64,000 nucleotides of DNA. Origin: Nemertoderma westbladi (Eukaryota; Animalia; Xenacoelomorpha). Below are positions 39,393 to 52,832 of the stretch, piece by piece. A program made the position numbers and the translations under genes. Position 1 is the first letter of the stretch. Every line of letters starts with the position of its first letter. Below the pieces are notes generated by a model, which saw only the letters and a list, made by a program, of their open reading frames with translations, made no database searches and was not told where the DNA came from. Where the stretch lies: positions 34,010 to 98,009 of the forward strand of contig JAUCBJ010007309.1 of assembly GCA_032718475.1 (NCBI GenBank), in the 5' to 3' direction.

Positions 39393-40297
39393 ATCGATTC
39401 CCAACTGGAACTTCTACAGTATTACTTCAATAAGCTTAGTGTTGGTATCCCAACTATGTAAACCCTAGGCCGTTCTCACATTTTAAGTGAAACTTATCGC
39501 ACTTAAGGTACCCCCCCCCCCCCCCCCCCCCCCTACCTACCTTGTCTTTTATGACTTAAGTTATATATTTAAGTCCCACTTATATTTTAATATTTTTTTT
39601 GCAACTGACTTAGTTAACGGAATGGACTTATCTTAAAGTTAAGTCGAACTTAGAGATAAGTCAGTTTTATGCAACCGGCCCCAGAGCTACAGTATAATAT
39701 TATCAAGTAGGCCGACAGTATGTACTGTACTACCTGTAGATAAAATATGTGTTAAAATAGCAAATAATTTATATATCAAAAATAAAAGTTTTATATCTTA
39801 AAAATGTATTTTTAATGATTAAAATTAACTTAAGTGTTATAGTTTACTGTATAGGCTGATGGACCGCTTTACTCGTACAGATGACAGTATTTTCAGCATA
39901 TCGTCAACATACTGTTGTAATTTACTGTGCTGTAAACTAAACTCTTAAGCTATATGGACGCTACTGGGTCCTCTTCCGCCATATAAAGAATTCTCCCCGC
40001 CTTATAAAGTCATACTTTATATTGGCCTATATCGTGTCCGACCTTCGACGGAGCAATAAACGAGACACCTTTATGAATGGGCATGGGATACAGGCAACTG
40101 ATGTCCAGAATCAAAACTGTAAATCTTTAAACCAGTTACATTCCCCCAGTAGATTGGAGTTGGTTGTTTTGGTGAGATACTCGAAACTCCCACCACTGTA
40201 TACCCGGCTAGTATCATTGTACAGTACAAGGGATAATAACATTAACCGTACTGGTAAGTCGGTAGGCCTACTCATCGGACTTTTGATGACAAACTAA

Positions 40298-40602
40298 CGC
40301 CCATGTGAAGAATACCAGGATTTCCGCCCATGTGAAGAATACCAGGATTTCACTTTTCGGTCGACTTTTTATTGGAATTTTATATATGAAGATTTTTTAT
40401 TTTTATAAATTTATCTTTATTAAGTGTTTTATAGCGCTTATTTCTGTCTTATAACCTGTACATATACTAATTCGTTTATTGTTTTGGTTAGATTCAGCGC
40501 TTCTGTAACCTGTGGTTTTGGTGAAAACCTGGTATTCTTCACAGGGGGGTAACCGCAAAGTGAAGTATAACGGCAGAAAGTCTGGTATTCTTCACATGGG
40601 CC
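40298..40602. mobile_element. MITE with 8-bp TSD in LPMO intron 3
   Basis: TIR (C/G)GCCCATGTGAAGAATACCAG; TSD CAAACTAA (40290-97 and 40603-10). Confidence 0.8.
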
Positions 40603-40719
40603 CAAACTAATATCGACACGAAGTTATTACCTTCTCAAAAACACCTGTAGTTTTTTTCCCAATATCTTGGTGAGAACGTAATAACTATACTTTAGTATAA
40701 AAAGTTTATTTTATTATAG

Positions 40720-40897
40720 TTTTGAAGACATCACGGTGTCCAAAGTTTATGAATTACAAGTCGAGCTTCCCAGCGATGTGAGTTGCGACCAATGCATCTT
40801 GCAATGGACCTACACTGCCGGTAACAATTGGTGCCCGCCTGGAGGCACCTGTCCTCAGGAGACATTCGTAAATTGCGCGGATATTACTATTAATTAA
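40720..40897 (+). CDS. AA15-type LPMO, exon 4
   Basis: Phase-2 join; LPSDVSCDQCILQWTYTAGNNW...QETFVNCADITIN*. Spliced product is 203 aa. Confidence 0.9.
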
Positions 40898-41577
40898 ATC
40901 ACTCTTATTGTATTTAATATTGGTAGAATTGATAATTATACTAGGGAATTATGGTGGCAGGATTAGTCATTCTGATTAACAATAATTGATAAGGCCTACC
41001 GGTAATGTATGTACATGTTCCGCTACAATAATTTCATCACGTAGACCAGTCTGTGATTATAAATGTGAAGCGAATAATATATATATAACGTTTAATCTTA
41101 AATTCAATTTATTTACCGTTTTTTTTTGTTTATTTCATTTCAATTTAAATGCACTGTCTGATTCAAATTCATACAAAGCATTATGGGGCGAGGCATGGAG
41201 TAAGACTCACACACATCACAAATATACTACCGGTTAAATCGGCACCATTCCGTTGTTTATGACTGAACCAAACATAATAAATTCACATCTACAGTATCAA
41301 TAATTGTTAACTGTTACTAATATACTGTATAGTTGGTATCTAAATAGTTGTTTACATTATGTGGTTAAGTTTAGGTTTAGAATTAATAGTTGAATACCTG
41401 TCTACCCTGTTTCAGGTTGTAAGTCCGCTGTGAATATCTGGAGATTGAGTGAATTATGGGGAGGCAACGAATATCTGGAGATTGAGTGAATTATGGGGGG
41501 GGGGGGGGGGGGCTTATTGTAGACCTACCAGTATCCTTGTACTGTACAGTAGGCCTACAGTAAACCATATTCTTTGA

Positions 41578-41736
41578 CATAAATCTTTGATAAATTAAAT
41601 ATAATTTTGGAGACGTAATAAATCTTTGATAAATTAAATATAATTTTGGAGACGTAATAAATCTTTGATAAATTAAATATAATTTTGGAGACGTAATAAA
41701 TCTTTGATAAATTAAATATAATTTTGGAGACGTAAT
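41578..41736. repeat. 39-bp tandem repeat (4 units)
   Basis: TAAATCTTTGATAAATTAAATATAATTTTGGAGACGTAA. Confidence 0.9.
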
Positions 41737-42200
41737 TGATCACGCAGTGACAACTGTTTTATCGGGTAGATCCCGTGATGCAGTACTTGTGCGAATGAAT
41801 GAGTAACGCGTTACCGCCCTTGTGCTGCGCGAAGTCCCTCTAACGTCTATTTTTGTTTAACTGTTGCCTACGTGTAGGTGCCGAGTCAAATAGTTTCAAT
41901 ATGAAAATATATGATTTTCTGTTGTAACTTAGTAGAGGTAGTGCACGACCAAAAATATATCAACGATCATCTCTTATATAATAATTTACTATGTTAATTA
42001 AATTAATAATAAATATATACAATAATTAAAAAAACAAAAATTTAATCTAAGTAAGACTTTGGTTAAACTATGTACATACTACAGTTTGTTGTACAATTTT
42101 AGCGTTATACTGTATATTTGAACTACTTCTCTTCCGGATCTCCGCCCAATTCTGTTTATCACACTGCACCACAATTTAAAATTAATCGCAATCGCTGGGA

Positions 42201-42396
42201 TTATTGGACGACGATTGTACCCTTTTGACTTCTGTTAGTGAAATTATTGTTACGGCTGCACATGTAGTGATAGACAGATGGTTTTGTCAATTGAATAACC
42301 AGACCGGCGAAGGAAGCTGGTGAATTATTTAACACATTTGATAGAGCGGCCTTACTCTCCAGAGAGTAACCTTGACAATCATTGGTTTTGAAACAT
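42201..42396 (-). CDS. DD3-3-like protein, last exon
   Basis: AG|(R)CFKTNDC...LNNSPASFAG...YHYMCSRNNNFTNRSQKGTIVVQ*; phase matches the previous exon. Confidence 0.85.
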
Positions 42397-42745
42397 CTAA
42401 GAGAATAGAAAAAAGTAGATTTTAGTATCGGTACGTAATAAGATAGTCATTGTTGAACCTGAATCATGAGAACAGCTTAGGCTCCCCTCTCTTGGCAGTT
42501 ACCAGTTGGCCCCTATGGTAGGCGGACGCGCTCTTACTCCCAAGGTTTCACACTCTCACTATCCAGCGTTGTAATCTCACAGAACAAGGCATAACAAAGG
42601 AACCTATGACGCGGAGTAGATTACAAAATTGATACAGGCTCGGTTTACAAACCTTAGTAAAAGTGTAGTCTGCTTTCCACCCGCAAGCCGGGATATTTGT
42701 GGAAGTACAGTACTGAGTTAACTAAGACCAATCCATAATAATTAC

Positions 42746-42914
42746 CTGAAGTATCCAGAACTCGCCAAATACAGAGCCAAATCTTTGCTACTCATTGCAT
42801 TGTTAAATGGTTTCCAGATGACAGACGCATCCTTACACAGAGTGGATACTTCGTATGGCAACGGGTAGTTATGGGAGCGATCCAATATCTCAACCAAGTT
42901 GTTTCTATCGGTTC
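42746..42914 (-). CDS. DD3-3-like protein, penultimate exon
   Basis: CAG|(G)TDRNNLVEILDRSHNYPLPYE...KDLALYLASSGYF|GTAATT. The acceptor AG (42915-16) abuts the 37-bp satellite. Confidence 0.85.
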
Positions 42915-42916
42915 CT

Positions 42917-45900
42917 GGAAGTCAAGGCGCAATTATAGAAGCGATATCGAAAAGGAAGTCAAGGCGTAATTATAGAAGCGATATCGAAAAGGAAGTCAAG
43001 GCGTAATTATAGAAGCGATATCGAAAAGGAAGTCAAGGCGCAATTATAGAAGCGATATCGAAAAGGAAGTCAAGGCGCAATTATAGAAGCGATATCGAAA
43101 AGGAAGTCAAGGTGCAATTATAGAAGCGATATCGAAAAGGAAGTCAAGGCGCAATTATAGAAGCGATATCGAAAAGGAAGTCAAGGCGCAATTATAGAAG
43201 CGATATCGAAAAGGAAGTCAAGGCATAATTATAGAAGCGATATCGAAAAGGAAGTCAAGGCGTAATTATAGAAGCGATATCGAAAAGGAAGTCAAGGCGT
43301 AATTATAGAAGCGATATCGAAAAGGAAGTCAAGGCGTAATTATAGAAACGATATCGAAAAGGAAGTCAAGGCGTAATTATAGAAGCGATATCGAAAAGGA
43401 AGTCAAGGAGCAATTATAGAAGTGATATCGAAAAGGAAGTCAAGGCGCAATTATAGAAGCGATATCGAAAAGGAAGTCAAGGCGTAATTATAGAAGCGAT
43501 ATCGAAAAGGAAGTCAAGGCGTAATTATAGAAGCGATATCGAAAAGGAAGTCAAGGAGCAATTATAGAAGCGATATCGAAAAGGAAGTCAAGGAGCAATT
43601 ATAGAAGCGATATCGAAAAGGAAGTCAAGGCGTAATTATAGAAGCGATATCGAAAAGGAAGTCAAGGAGCAATTATAGAAGTGATATCGAAAAGGAAGTC
43701 AAGGCATAATTATAGAAGCGATATCGAAAAGGAAGTCAAGGCGCAATTATAGAAGCGATATCGAAAAGGAAGTCAAGGCGTAATTATAGAAGCGATATCG
43801 AAAAGGAAGTCAAGGCGTAATTATAGAAGCGATATCGAAAAGGAAGTCAAGGAGCAATTATAGAAGCGATATCGAAAAGGAAGTCAAGGAGCAATTATAG
43901 AAGCGATATCGAAAAGGAAGTCAAGGCGTAATTATAGAAGCGATATCGAAAAGGAAGTCAAGGAGCAATTATAGAAGTGATATCGAAAAGGAAGTCAAGG
44001 CGTAATTATAGAAGCGATATCGAAAAGGAAGTCAAGGCGTAATTATAGAAGCGATATCGAAAAGGAAGTCAAGGCGTAATTATAGAAGCGATATCGAAAA
44101 GGAAGTCAAGGAGCAATTATAGAAGTGATATCGAAAAGGAAGTCAAGGCATAATTATAGAAGCGATATCGAAAAGGAAGTCAAGGAGCAATTATAGAAGC
44201 GATATCGAAAAGGAAGTCAAGGCGTAATTATAGAAGCGATATCGAAAAGGAAGTCAAGGCGTAATTATAGAAGCGATATCGACAAGGAAGTCAAGGCGCA
44301 ATCATAGAAGGGATATCGAAAAGGAAGTCAAGGAGCAATTATAGAAGCGATATCGAAAAGGAAGTCAAGTCGCAATTATAGAAGCGATATCGAAAAGGAA
44401 GTCAAGGCGCAATTATAGAAGCGATATCGAAAAGGAAGTCAAGGCGCAATTATAGAAGCGATATCGAAAAGGAAGTCAAGGCGCAATTATAGAAACGATA
44501 TCTAAAAGGAAGTCAAGGCGTAATTATAGAAGCGATATCGAAAAGGAAGTCAAGGAGCAATTATAGAAGTGATATCGAAAAGGAAGTCAAGGAGCAATTA
44601 TAGAAGCGATATCGAAAAGGAAGTCAAGGCGCAATTATAGAAGTGATATCGAAAAGGAAGTCAAGGCGTAATTATAGAAACGATATCGAAAAGGAAGTCA
44701 AGGCGTAATTATAGAAGCGATATCGAAAAGGAAGTCAAGGAGCAATTATAGAAGTGATATCGAAAAGGAAGTCAAGGCGTAATTATAGAAGCGATATCGA
44801 AAAGGAAGTCAAGGTGCAATCATAGAAGCGATATCGAAAAGGAAGTCAAGGCGCAATTATAGAAGTGATATCGAAAAGGAAGTCAAGGCGTAATTATAGA
44901 AGCGATATCGAAAAGGAAGTCAAGGTGCAATCATAGAAGCGATATCGAAAAGGAAGTCAAGGTGCAATCATAGAAGCGATATCGAAAAGGAAGTCAAGGC
45001 GCAATTATAGAAGTGATATCGAAAAGGAAGTCAAGGCGTAATTATAGAAGCGATATCGAAAAGGAAGTCAAGGTGCAATCATAGAAGCGATATCGAAAAG
45101 GAAGTCAAGGTGCAATCATAGAAGCGATATCGAAAAGGAAGTCAAGGCGCAATTATAGAAGTGATATCGAAAAGGAAGTCAAGGCGTAATTATAGAAACG
45201 ATATCGAAAAGGAAGTCAAGGCGTAATTATAGAAGTGATATCGAAAAGGAAGTCAAGGCGTAATTATAGAAGCGATATCGAAAAGGAAGTCAAGGTGCAA
45301 TCATAGAAGCGATATCGAAAAGGAAGTCAAGGCGCAATTATAGAAGCGATATCGAAAAGGAAGTCAAGGCGCAATTATAGAAGTGATATCGAAAAGGAAG
45401 TCAAGGCGCAATTATAGAAACGATATCGAAAAGGAAGTCAAGGCGTAATTATAGAAGCGATATCGAAAAGGAAGTCAAGGAGCAATTATAGAAGTGATAT
45501 CGAAAAGGAAGTCAAGGCGCAATTATAGAAGCGATATCGAAAAGGAAGTCAAGGCGTAATTATAGAAACGATATCGAAAAGGAAGTCAAGGTGTAATTAT
45601 AGAAACGATATCGAAAAGGAAGTCAAGGCGTAATCATAGAAGCGATATCGAAAAGGAAGTCAAGGCGCAATTATAGAAGCGATATCGAAAAGGAAGTCAA
45701 GGCGCAATTATAGAAGTGATATCGAAAAGGAAGTCAAGGCGTAATTATAGAAGCGATATCGAAAAGGAAGTCAAGGTGCAATCATAGAAGCGATATCGAA
45801 AAGGAAGTCAAGGCGCAATTATAGAAGCGATATCGAAAAGGAAGTCAAGGTGCAATTATAGAAGCGATATCGAAAAGGAAGTCAAGGCGCAATTATAGAA

Positions 45901-48900
45901 GCGATATCGAAAAGGAAGTCAAGGCGCAATTATAGAAGCGATATCGAAAAGGAAGTCAAGGTGCAATCATAGAAGCGATATCGAAAAGGAAGTCAAGGCG
46001 CAATTATAGAAGCGATATCGAAAAGGAAGTCAAGGCGCAATTATAGAAGCGATATCGAAAAGGAAGTCAAGGTGCAATCATAGAAGCGATATCGAAAAGG
46101 AAGTCAAGGCGCAATTATAGAAACGATATCGAAAAGGAAGTCAAGGCGTAATCATAGAAGCGATATCGAAAAGGAAGTCAAGGCGCAATTATAGAAGCGA
46201 TATCGAAAAGGAAGTCAAGGCGCAATTATAGAAGTGATATCGAAAAGGAAGTCAAGGCGTAATTATAGAAGCGATATCGAAAAGGAAGTCAAGGTGCAAT
46301 CATAGAAGCGATATCGAAAAGGAAGTCAAGGTGCAATCATAGAAGCGATATCGAAAAGGAAGTCAAGGCGCAATTATAGAAGTGATATCGAAAAGGAAGT
46401 CAAGGCGTAATTATAGAAGCGATATCGAAAAGGAAGTCAAGGTGCAATCATAGAAGCGATATCGAAAAGGAAGTCAAGGTGCAATCATAGAAGCGATATC
46501 GAAAAGGAAGTCAAGGCGTAATTATAGAAGCGATATCGAAAAGGAAGTCAAGGCGCAATTATAGAAGCGATATCGAAAAGGAAGTCAAGGTGCAATTATA
46601 GAAGCGATATCGAAAAGGAAGTCAAGGCGCAATTATAGAAGCGATATCGAAAAGGAAGTCAAGGCGCAATTATAGAAGCGATATCGAAAAGGAAGTCAAG
46701 GTGCAATCATAGAAGCGATATCGAAAAGGAAGTCAAGGCGCAATTATAGAAGCGATATCGAAAAGGAAGTCAAGGCGCAATTATAGAAGCGATATCGAAA
46801 AGGAAGTCAAGGTGCAATCATAGAAGCGATATCGAAAAGGAAGTCAAGGCGCAATTATAGAAACGATATCGAAAAGGAAGTCAAGGCGTAATCATAGAAG
46901 CGATATCGAAAAGGAAGTCAAGGCGCAATTATAGAAGCGATATCGAAAAGGAAGTCAAGGCGCAATTATAGAAGTGATATCGAAAAGGAAGTCAAGGCGT
47001 AATTATAGAAGCGATATCGAAAAGGAAGTCAAGGTGCAATCATAGAAGCGATATCGAAAAGGAAGTCAAGGTGCAATCATAGAAGCGATATCGAAAAGGA
47101 AGTCAAGGCGCAATTATAGAAGTGATATCGAAAAGGAAGTCAAGGCGTAATTATAGAAGCGATATCGAAAAGGAAGTCAAGGTGCAATCATAGAAGCGAT
47201 ATCGAAAAGGAAGTCAAGGTGCAATCATAGAAGCGATATCGAAAAGGAAGTCAAGGCGTAATTATAGAAGCGATATCGAAAAGGAAGTCAAGGCGTAATT
47301 ATAGAAGTGATATCGAAAAGGAAGTCAAGGCGTAATTATAGAAGCGATATCGAAAAGGAAGTCAAGGTGCAATCATAGAAGCGATATCGAAAAGGAAGTC
47401 AAGGCGCAATTATAGAAGCGATATCGAAAAGGAAGTCAAGGTGCAATTATAGAAGCGATATCGAAAAGGAAGTCAAGGCGCAATTATAGAAGCGATATCG
47501 AAAAGGAAGTCAAGGCGCAATTATAGAAGCGATATCGAAAAGGAAGTCAAGGTGCAATCATAGAAGCGATATCGAAAAGGAAGTCAAGGCGCAATTATAG
47601 AAGCGATATCGAAAAGGAAGTCAAGGCGTAATTATAGAAGCGATATCGAAAAGGAAGTCAAGGTGCAATTATAGAAGCGATATCGAAAAGGAAGTCAAGG
47701 CGCAATTATAGAAGCGATATCGAAAAGGAAGTCAAGGCGCAATTATAGAAGTGATATCGAAAAGGAAGTCAAGGCGCAATTATAGAAACGATATCGAAAA
47801 GGAAGTCAAGGTGCAATCATAGAAGCGATATCGAAAAGGAAGTCAAGGCGCAATTATAGAAGCGATATCGAAAAGGAAGTCAAGGAGCAATTATAGAAGT
47901 GATATCGAAAAGGAAGTCAAGGCGTAATTATAGAAACGATATCGAAAAGGAAGCCAAGGCGTAATCATAGAAGCGATATCGAAAAGGAAGTCAAGGCGTA
48001 ATTATAGAAGCGATATCGAAAAGGAAGTCAAGGTGCAATCATAGAAGCGATATCGAAAAGGAAGTCAAGGCGCAATTATAGAAGCGATATCGAAAAGGAA
48101 GTCAAGGCGCAATTATAGAAGTGATATCGAAAAGGAAGTCAAGGCGCAATTATAGAAACGATATCGAAAAGGAAGTCAAGGCGTAATTATAGAAGCGATA
48201 TCGAAAAGGAAGTCAAGGAGCAATTATAGAAGTGATATCGAAAAGGAAGTCAAGGCGTAATTATAGAAGCGATATCGAAAAGGAAGTCAAGGCGTAATTA
48301 TAGAAGCGATATCGAAAAGGAAGTCAAGGAGCAATTATAGAAGTGATATCGAAAAGGAAGTCAAGGCGTAATTATAGAAACGATATCGAAAAGGAAGTCA
48401 AGGTGCAATCATAGAAGCGATATCGAAAAGGAAGTCAAGGTGCAATCATAGAAGCGATATCGAAAAGGAAGTCAAGGCGTAATTATAGAAGCGATATCGA
48501 AAAGGAAGTCAAGGCGTAATTATAGAAGCGATATCGAAAAGGAAGTCAAGGAGCAATTATAGAAGTGATATCGAAAAGGAAGTCAAGGCGTAATTATAGA
48601 AACGATATCGAAAAGGAAGTCAAGGTGCAATCATAGAAGCGATATCGAAAAGGAAGTCAAGGTGCAATCATAGAAGCGATATCGAAAAGGAAGTCAAGGC
48701 GTAATTATAGAAGCGATATCGAAAAGGAAGTCAAGGCGTAATTATAGAAGCGATATCGAAAAGGAAGTCAAGGCGTAATTATAGAAGCGATATCGAAAAG
48801 GAAGTCAAGGTGCAATCATAGAAGCGATATCGAAAAGGAAGTCAAGGCGTAATTATAGAAACGATATCGAAAAGGAAGTCAAGGTGCAATCATAGAAGCG

Positions 48901-51900
48901 ATATCGAAAAGGAAGTCAAGGTGCAATCATAGAAGCGATATCGAAAAGGAAGTCAAGGCGTAATTATAGAAGCGATATCGAAAAGGAAGTCAAGGCGTAA
49001 TTATAGAAGCGATATCGAAAAGGAAGTCAAGGAGCAATTATAGAAGTGATATCGAAAAGGAAGTCAAGGCGTAATTATAGAAACGATATCGAAAAGGAAG
49101 TCAAGGCGTAATTATAGAAGCGATATCGAAAAGGAAGTCAAGGAGCAATTATAGAAGTGATATCGAAAAGGAAGTCAAGGCGTAATTATAGAAACGATAT
49201 CGAAAAGGAAGTCAAGGTGCAATCATAGAAGCGATATCGAAAAGGAAGTCAAGGTGCAATCATAGAAGCGATATCGAAAAGGAAGTCAAGGCGTAATTAT
49301 AGAAGCGATATCGAAAAGGAAGTCAAGGTGCAATCATAGAAGCGATATCGAAAAGGAAGTCAAGGCGCAATTATAGAAGTGATATCGAAAAGGAAGTCAA
49401 GGCGTAATTATAGAAGCGATATCGAAAAGGAAGTCAAGGTGCAATCATAGAAGCGATATCGAAAAGGAAGTCAAGGCGCAATTATAGAAGCGATATCGAA
49501 AAGGAAGTCAAGGCGCAATTATAGAAGTGATATCGAAAAGGAAGTCAAGGCGCAATTATAGAAACGATATCGAAAAGGAAGTCAAGGCGTAATTATAGAA
49601 GCGATATCGAAAAGGAAGTCAAGGAGCAATTATAGAAGTGATATCGAAAAGGAAGTCAAGGAGCAATTATAGAAGTGATATCGAAAAGGAAGTCAAGGCG
49701 TAATTATAGAAACGATATCGAAAAGGAAGTCAAGGCGTAATCATAGAAGCGATATCGAAAAGGAAGTCAAGGCGCAATTATAGAAGCGATATCGAAAAGG
49801 AAGTCAAGGCGTAATTATAGAAGCGATATCGAAAAGGAAGTCAAGGCGTAATTATAGAAGTGATATCGAAAAGGAAGTCAAGGCGTAATTATAGAAGCGA
49901 TATCGAAAAGGAAGTCAAGGTGCAATCATAGAAGCGATATCGAAAAGGAAGTCAAGGCGCAATTATAGAAGTGATATCGAAAAGGAAGTCAAGGCGTAAT
50001 TATAGAAGCGATATCGAAAAGGAAGTCAAGGTGCAATCATAGAAGCGATATCGAAAAGGAAGTCAAGGCGCAATTATAGAAGCGATATCGAAAAGGAAGT
50101 CAAGGCGCAATTATAGAAGTGATATCGAAAAGGAAGTCAAGGCGCAATTATAGAAACGATATCGAAAAGGAAGTCAAGGCGTAATTATAGAAGCGATATC
50201 GAAAAGGAAGTCAAGGAGCAATTATAGAAGTGATATCGAAAAGGAAGTCAAGGAGCAATTATAGAAGTGATATCGAAAAGGAAGTCAAGGAGCAATTATA
50301 GAAGTGATATCGAAAAGGAAGTCAAGGTGCAATCATAGAAGCGATATCGAAAAGGAAGTCAAGGCGCAATTATAGAAGCGATATCGAAAAGGAAGTCAAG
50401 GAGCAATTATAGAAGCGATATCGAAAAGGAAGTCAAGGCGTAATTATAGAAACGATATCGAAAAGGAAGTCAAGGCGTAATCATAGAAGCGATATCGAAA
50501 AGGAAGTCAAGGCCCAATTATAGAAGCGATATCGAAAAGGAAGTCAAGGCGCAATTATAGAAGTGATATCGAAAAGGAAGTCAAGGCGTAATTATAGAAA
50601 CGATATCGAAAAGGAAGTCAAGGCGTAATTATAGAAACGATATCGAAAAGGAAGTCAAGGCGTAATTATAGAAGCGATATCGAAAAGGAAGTCAAGGCGT
50701 AATTATAGAAACGATATCGAAAAGGAAGTCAAGGCGTAATCATAGAAGCGATATCGAAAAGGAAGTCAAGGCGCAATTATAGAAGCGATATCGAAAAGGA
50801 AGTCAAGGCGCAATTATAGAAGTGATATCGAAAAGGAAGTCAAGGCGTAATTATAGAAACGATATCGAAAAGGAAGTCAAGGCGTAATTATAGAAGCGAT
50901 ATCGAAAAGGAAGTCAAGGAGCAATTATAGAAGTGATATCGAAAAGGAAGTCAAGGCGTAATTATAGAAGCGATATCGAAAAGGAAGTCAAGGCGCAATT
51001 ATAGAAGCGATATCGAAAAGGAAGTCAAGGCGTAATTATAGAAGCGATATCGAAAAGGAAGTCAAGGCGCAATTATAGAAGCGATATCGAAAAGGAAGTC
51101 AAGGCGCAATTATAGAAGTGATATCGAAAAGGAAGTCAAGGTGCAATCATAGAAGCGATATCGAAAAGGAAGTCAAGGCGCAATTATAGAAGCGATATCG
51201 AAAAGGAAGTCAATTAGCAATTATAGAAGCGATATCGAAAAGGAAGTCAAGGCGTAATTATAGAAACGATATCGAAAAGGAAGTCAAGGCGTAATCATAG
51301 AAGCGATATCGAAAAGGAAGTCAAGGCGCAATTATAGAAGCGATATCGAAAAGGAAGTCAAGGCGCAATTATAGAAGTGATATCGAAAAGGAAGTCAAGG
51401 CGTAATTATAGAAACGATATCGAAAAGGAAGTCAAGGCGTAATTATAGAAGCGATATCGAAAAGGAAGTCAAGGAGCAATTATAGAAGTGATATCGAAAA
51501 GGAAGTCAAGGCGTAATTATAGAAGCGATATCGAAAAGGAAGTCAAGGCGCAATTATAGAAGCGATATCGAAAAGGAAGTCAAGGCGTAATTATAGAAAC
51601 GATATCGAAAAGGAAGTCAAGGAGCAATTATAGAAGTGATATCGAAAAGGAAGTCAAGGCGCAATTATAGAAGCGATATCGAAAAGGAAGTCAAGGCGCA
51701 ATTATAGAAGTGATATCGAAAAGGAAGTCAAGGCGTAATTATAGAAACGATATCGAAAAGGAAGTCAAGGCGTAATTATAGAAGCGATATCGAAAAGGAA
51801 GTCAAGGAGCAATTATAGAAGTGATATCGAAAAGGAAGTCAAGGAGCAATTATAGAAGTGATATCGAAAAGGAAGTCAAGGCGCAATTATAGAAGCGATA

Positions 51901-52832
51901 TCGAAAAGGAAGTCAAGGCGTAATTATAGAAGCGATATCGAAAAGGACGTCAAGGCGTAATTATAGAAGCGATATCGAAAAGGAAGTCAAGGTGCAATCA
52001 TAGAAGCGATATCGAAAAGGAAGTCAAGGCGTAATTATAGAAGCGATATCGAAAAGGAAGTCAAGGCGTAATTATAGAAGCGATATCGAAAAGGAAGTCA
52101 AGGCGTAATTATAGAAGCGATATCGAAAAGGAAGTCAAGGCATAATTATAGAAGCGATATCGAAAAGGAAGTCAAGGAGCAATTATAGAAGCGATATCGA
52201 AAAGGAAGTCAAGGCGTAATTATAGAAGCGATATCGAAAAGGAAGTCAAGGCGCAATTATAGAAACGATATCGAAAAGGAAGTCAAGGCGCAATTATAGA
52301 AGCGATATCGAAAAGGAAGTCAAGGAGCAATTATAGAAGCGATATCGAAAAGGAAGTCAAGGCGTAATTATAGAAGCGATATCGAAAAGGAAGTCAAGGC
52401 GTAATTATAGAAGCGATATCGAAAAGGAAGTCAAGGCGCAATTATAGAAGCGATATCGAAAAGGAAGTCAAGGCGTAATTATAGAAGCGATATCGAAAAG
52501 GAAGTCAAGGCGTAATTATAGAAGCGATATCGAAAAGGAAGTCAAGGTGCAATCATAGAAGCGATATCGAAAAGGAAGTCAAGGCGTAATTATAGAAGCG
52601 ATATCGAAAAGGAAGTCAAGGCGCAATTATAGAAGCGATATCGAAAAGGAAGTCAAGGCGCAATTATAGAAGCGATATCGAAAAGGAAGTCAAGGCGGGA
52701 TTATAGAAGCGATATCGAAAAGGAAGTCAAGGCGTAATTATAGAAGCGATATCGAAAAGGAAGTCAAGGCGGGATTATAGAAGCGATATCGAAAAGGAAG
52801 TCAAGGCGCAATTATAGAAGCGATATCGAAAA
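42917..52832. repeat. 37-bp satellite, exactly 268 units, intronic
   Basis: Unit GGAAGTCAAGGCGCAATTATAGAAGCGATATCGAAAA; 9916 bp = 268 x 37; substitutions at a few positions only. Confidence 0.98.

Noticed and set aside
42917-52832. CRISPR array (37-bp repeat)
   Set aside because: Units are head-to-tail with no unique spacers; no cas genes; eukaryotic intron context.
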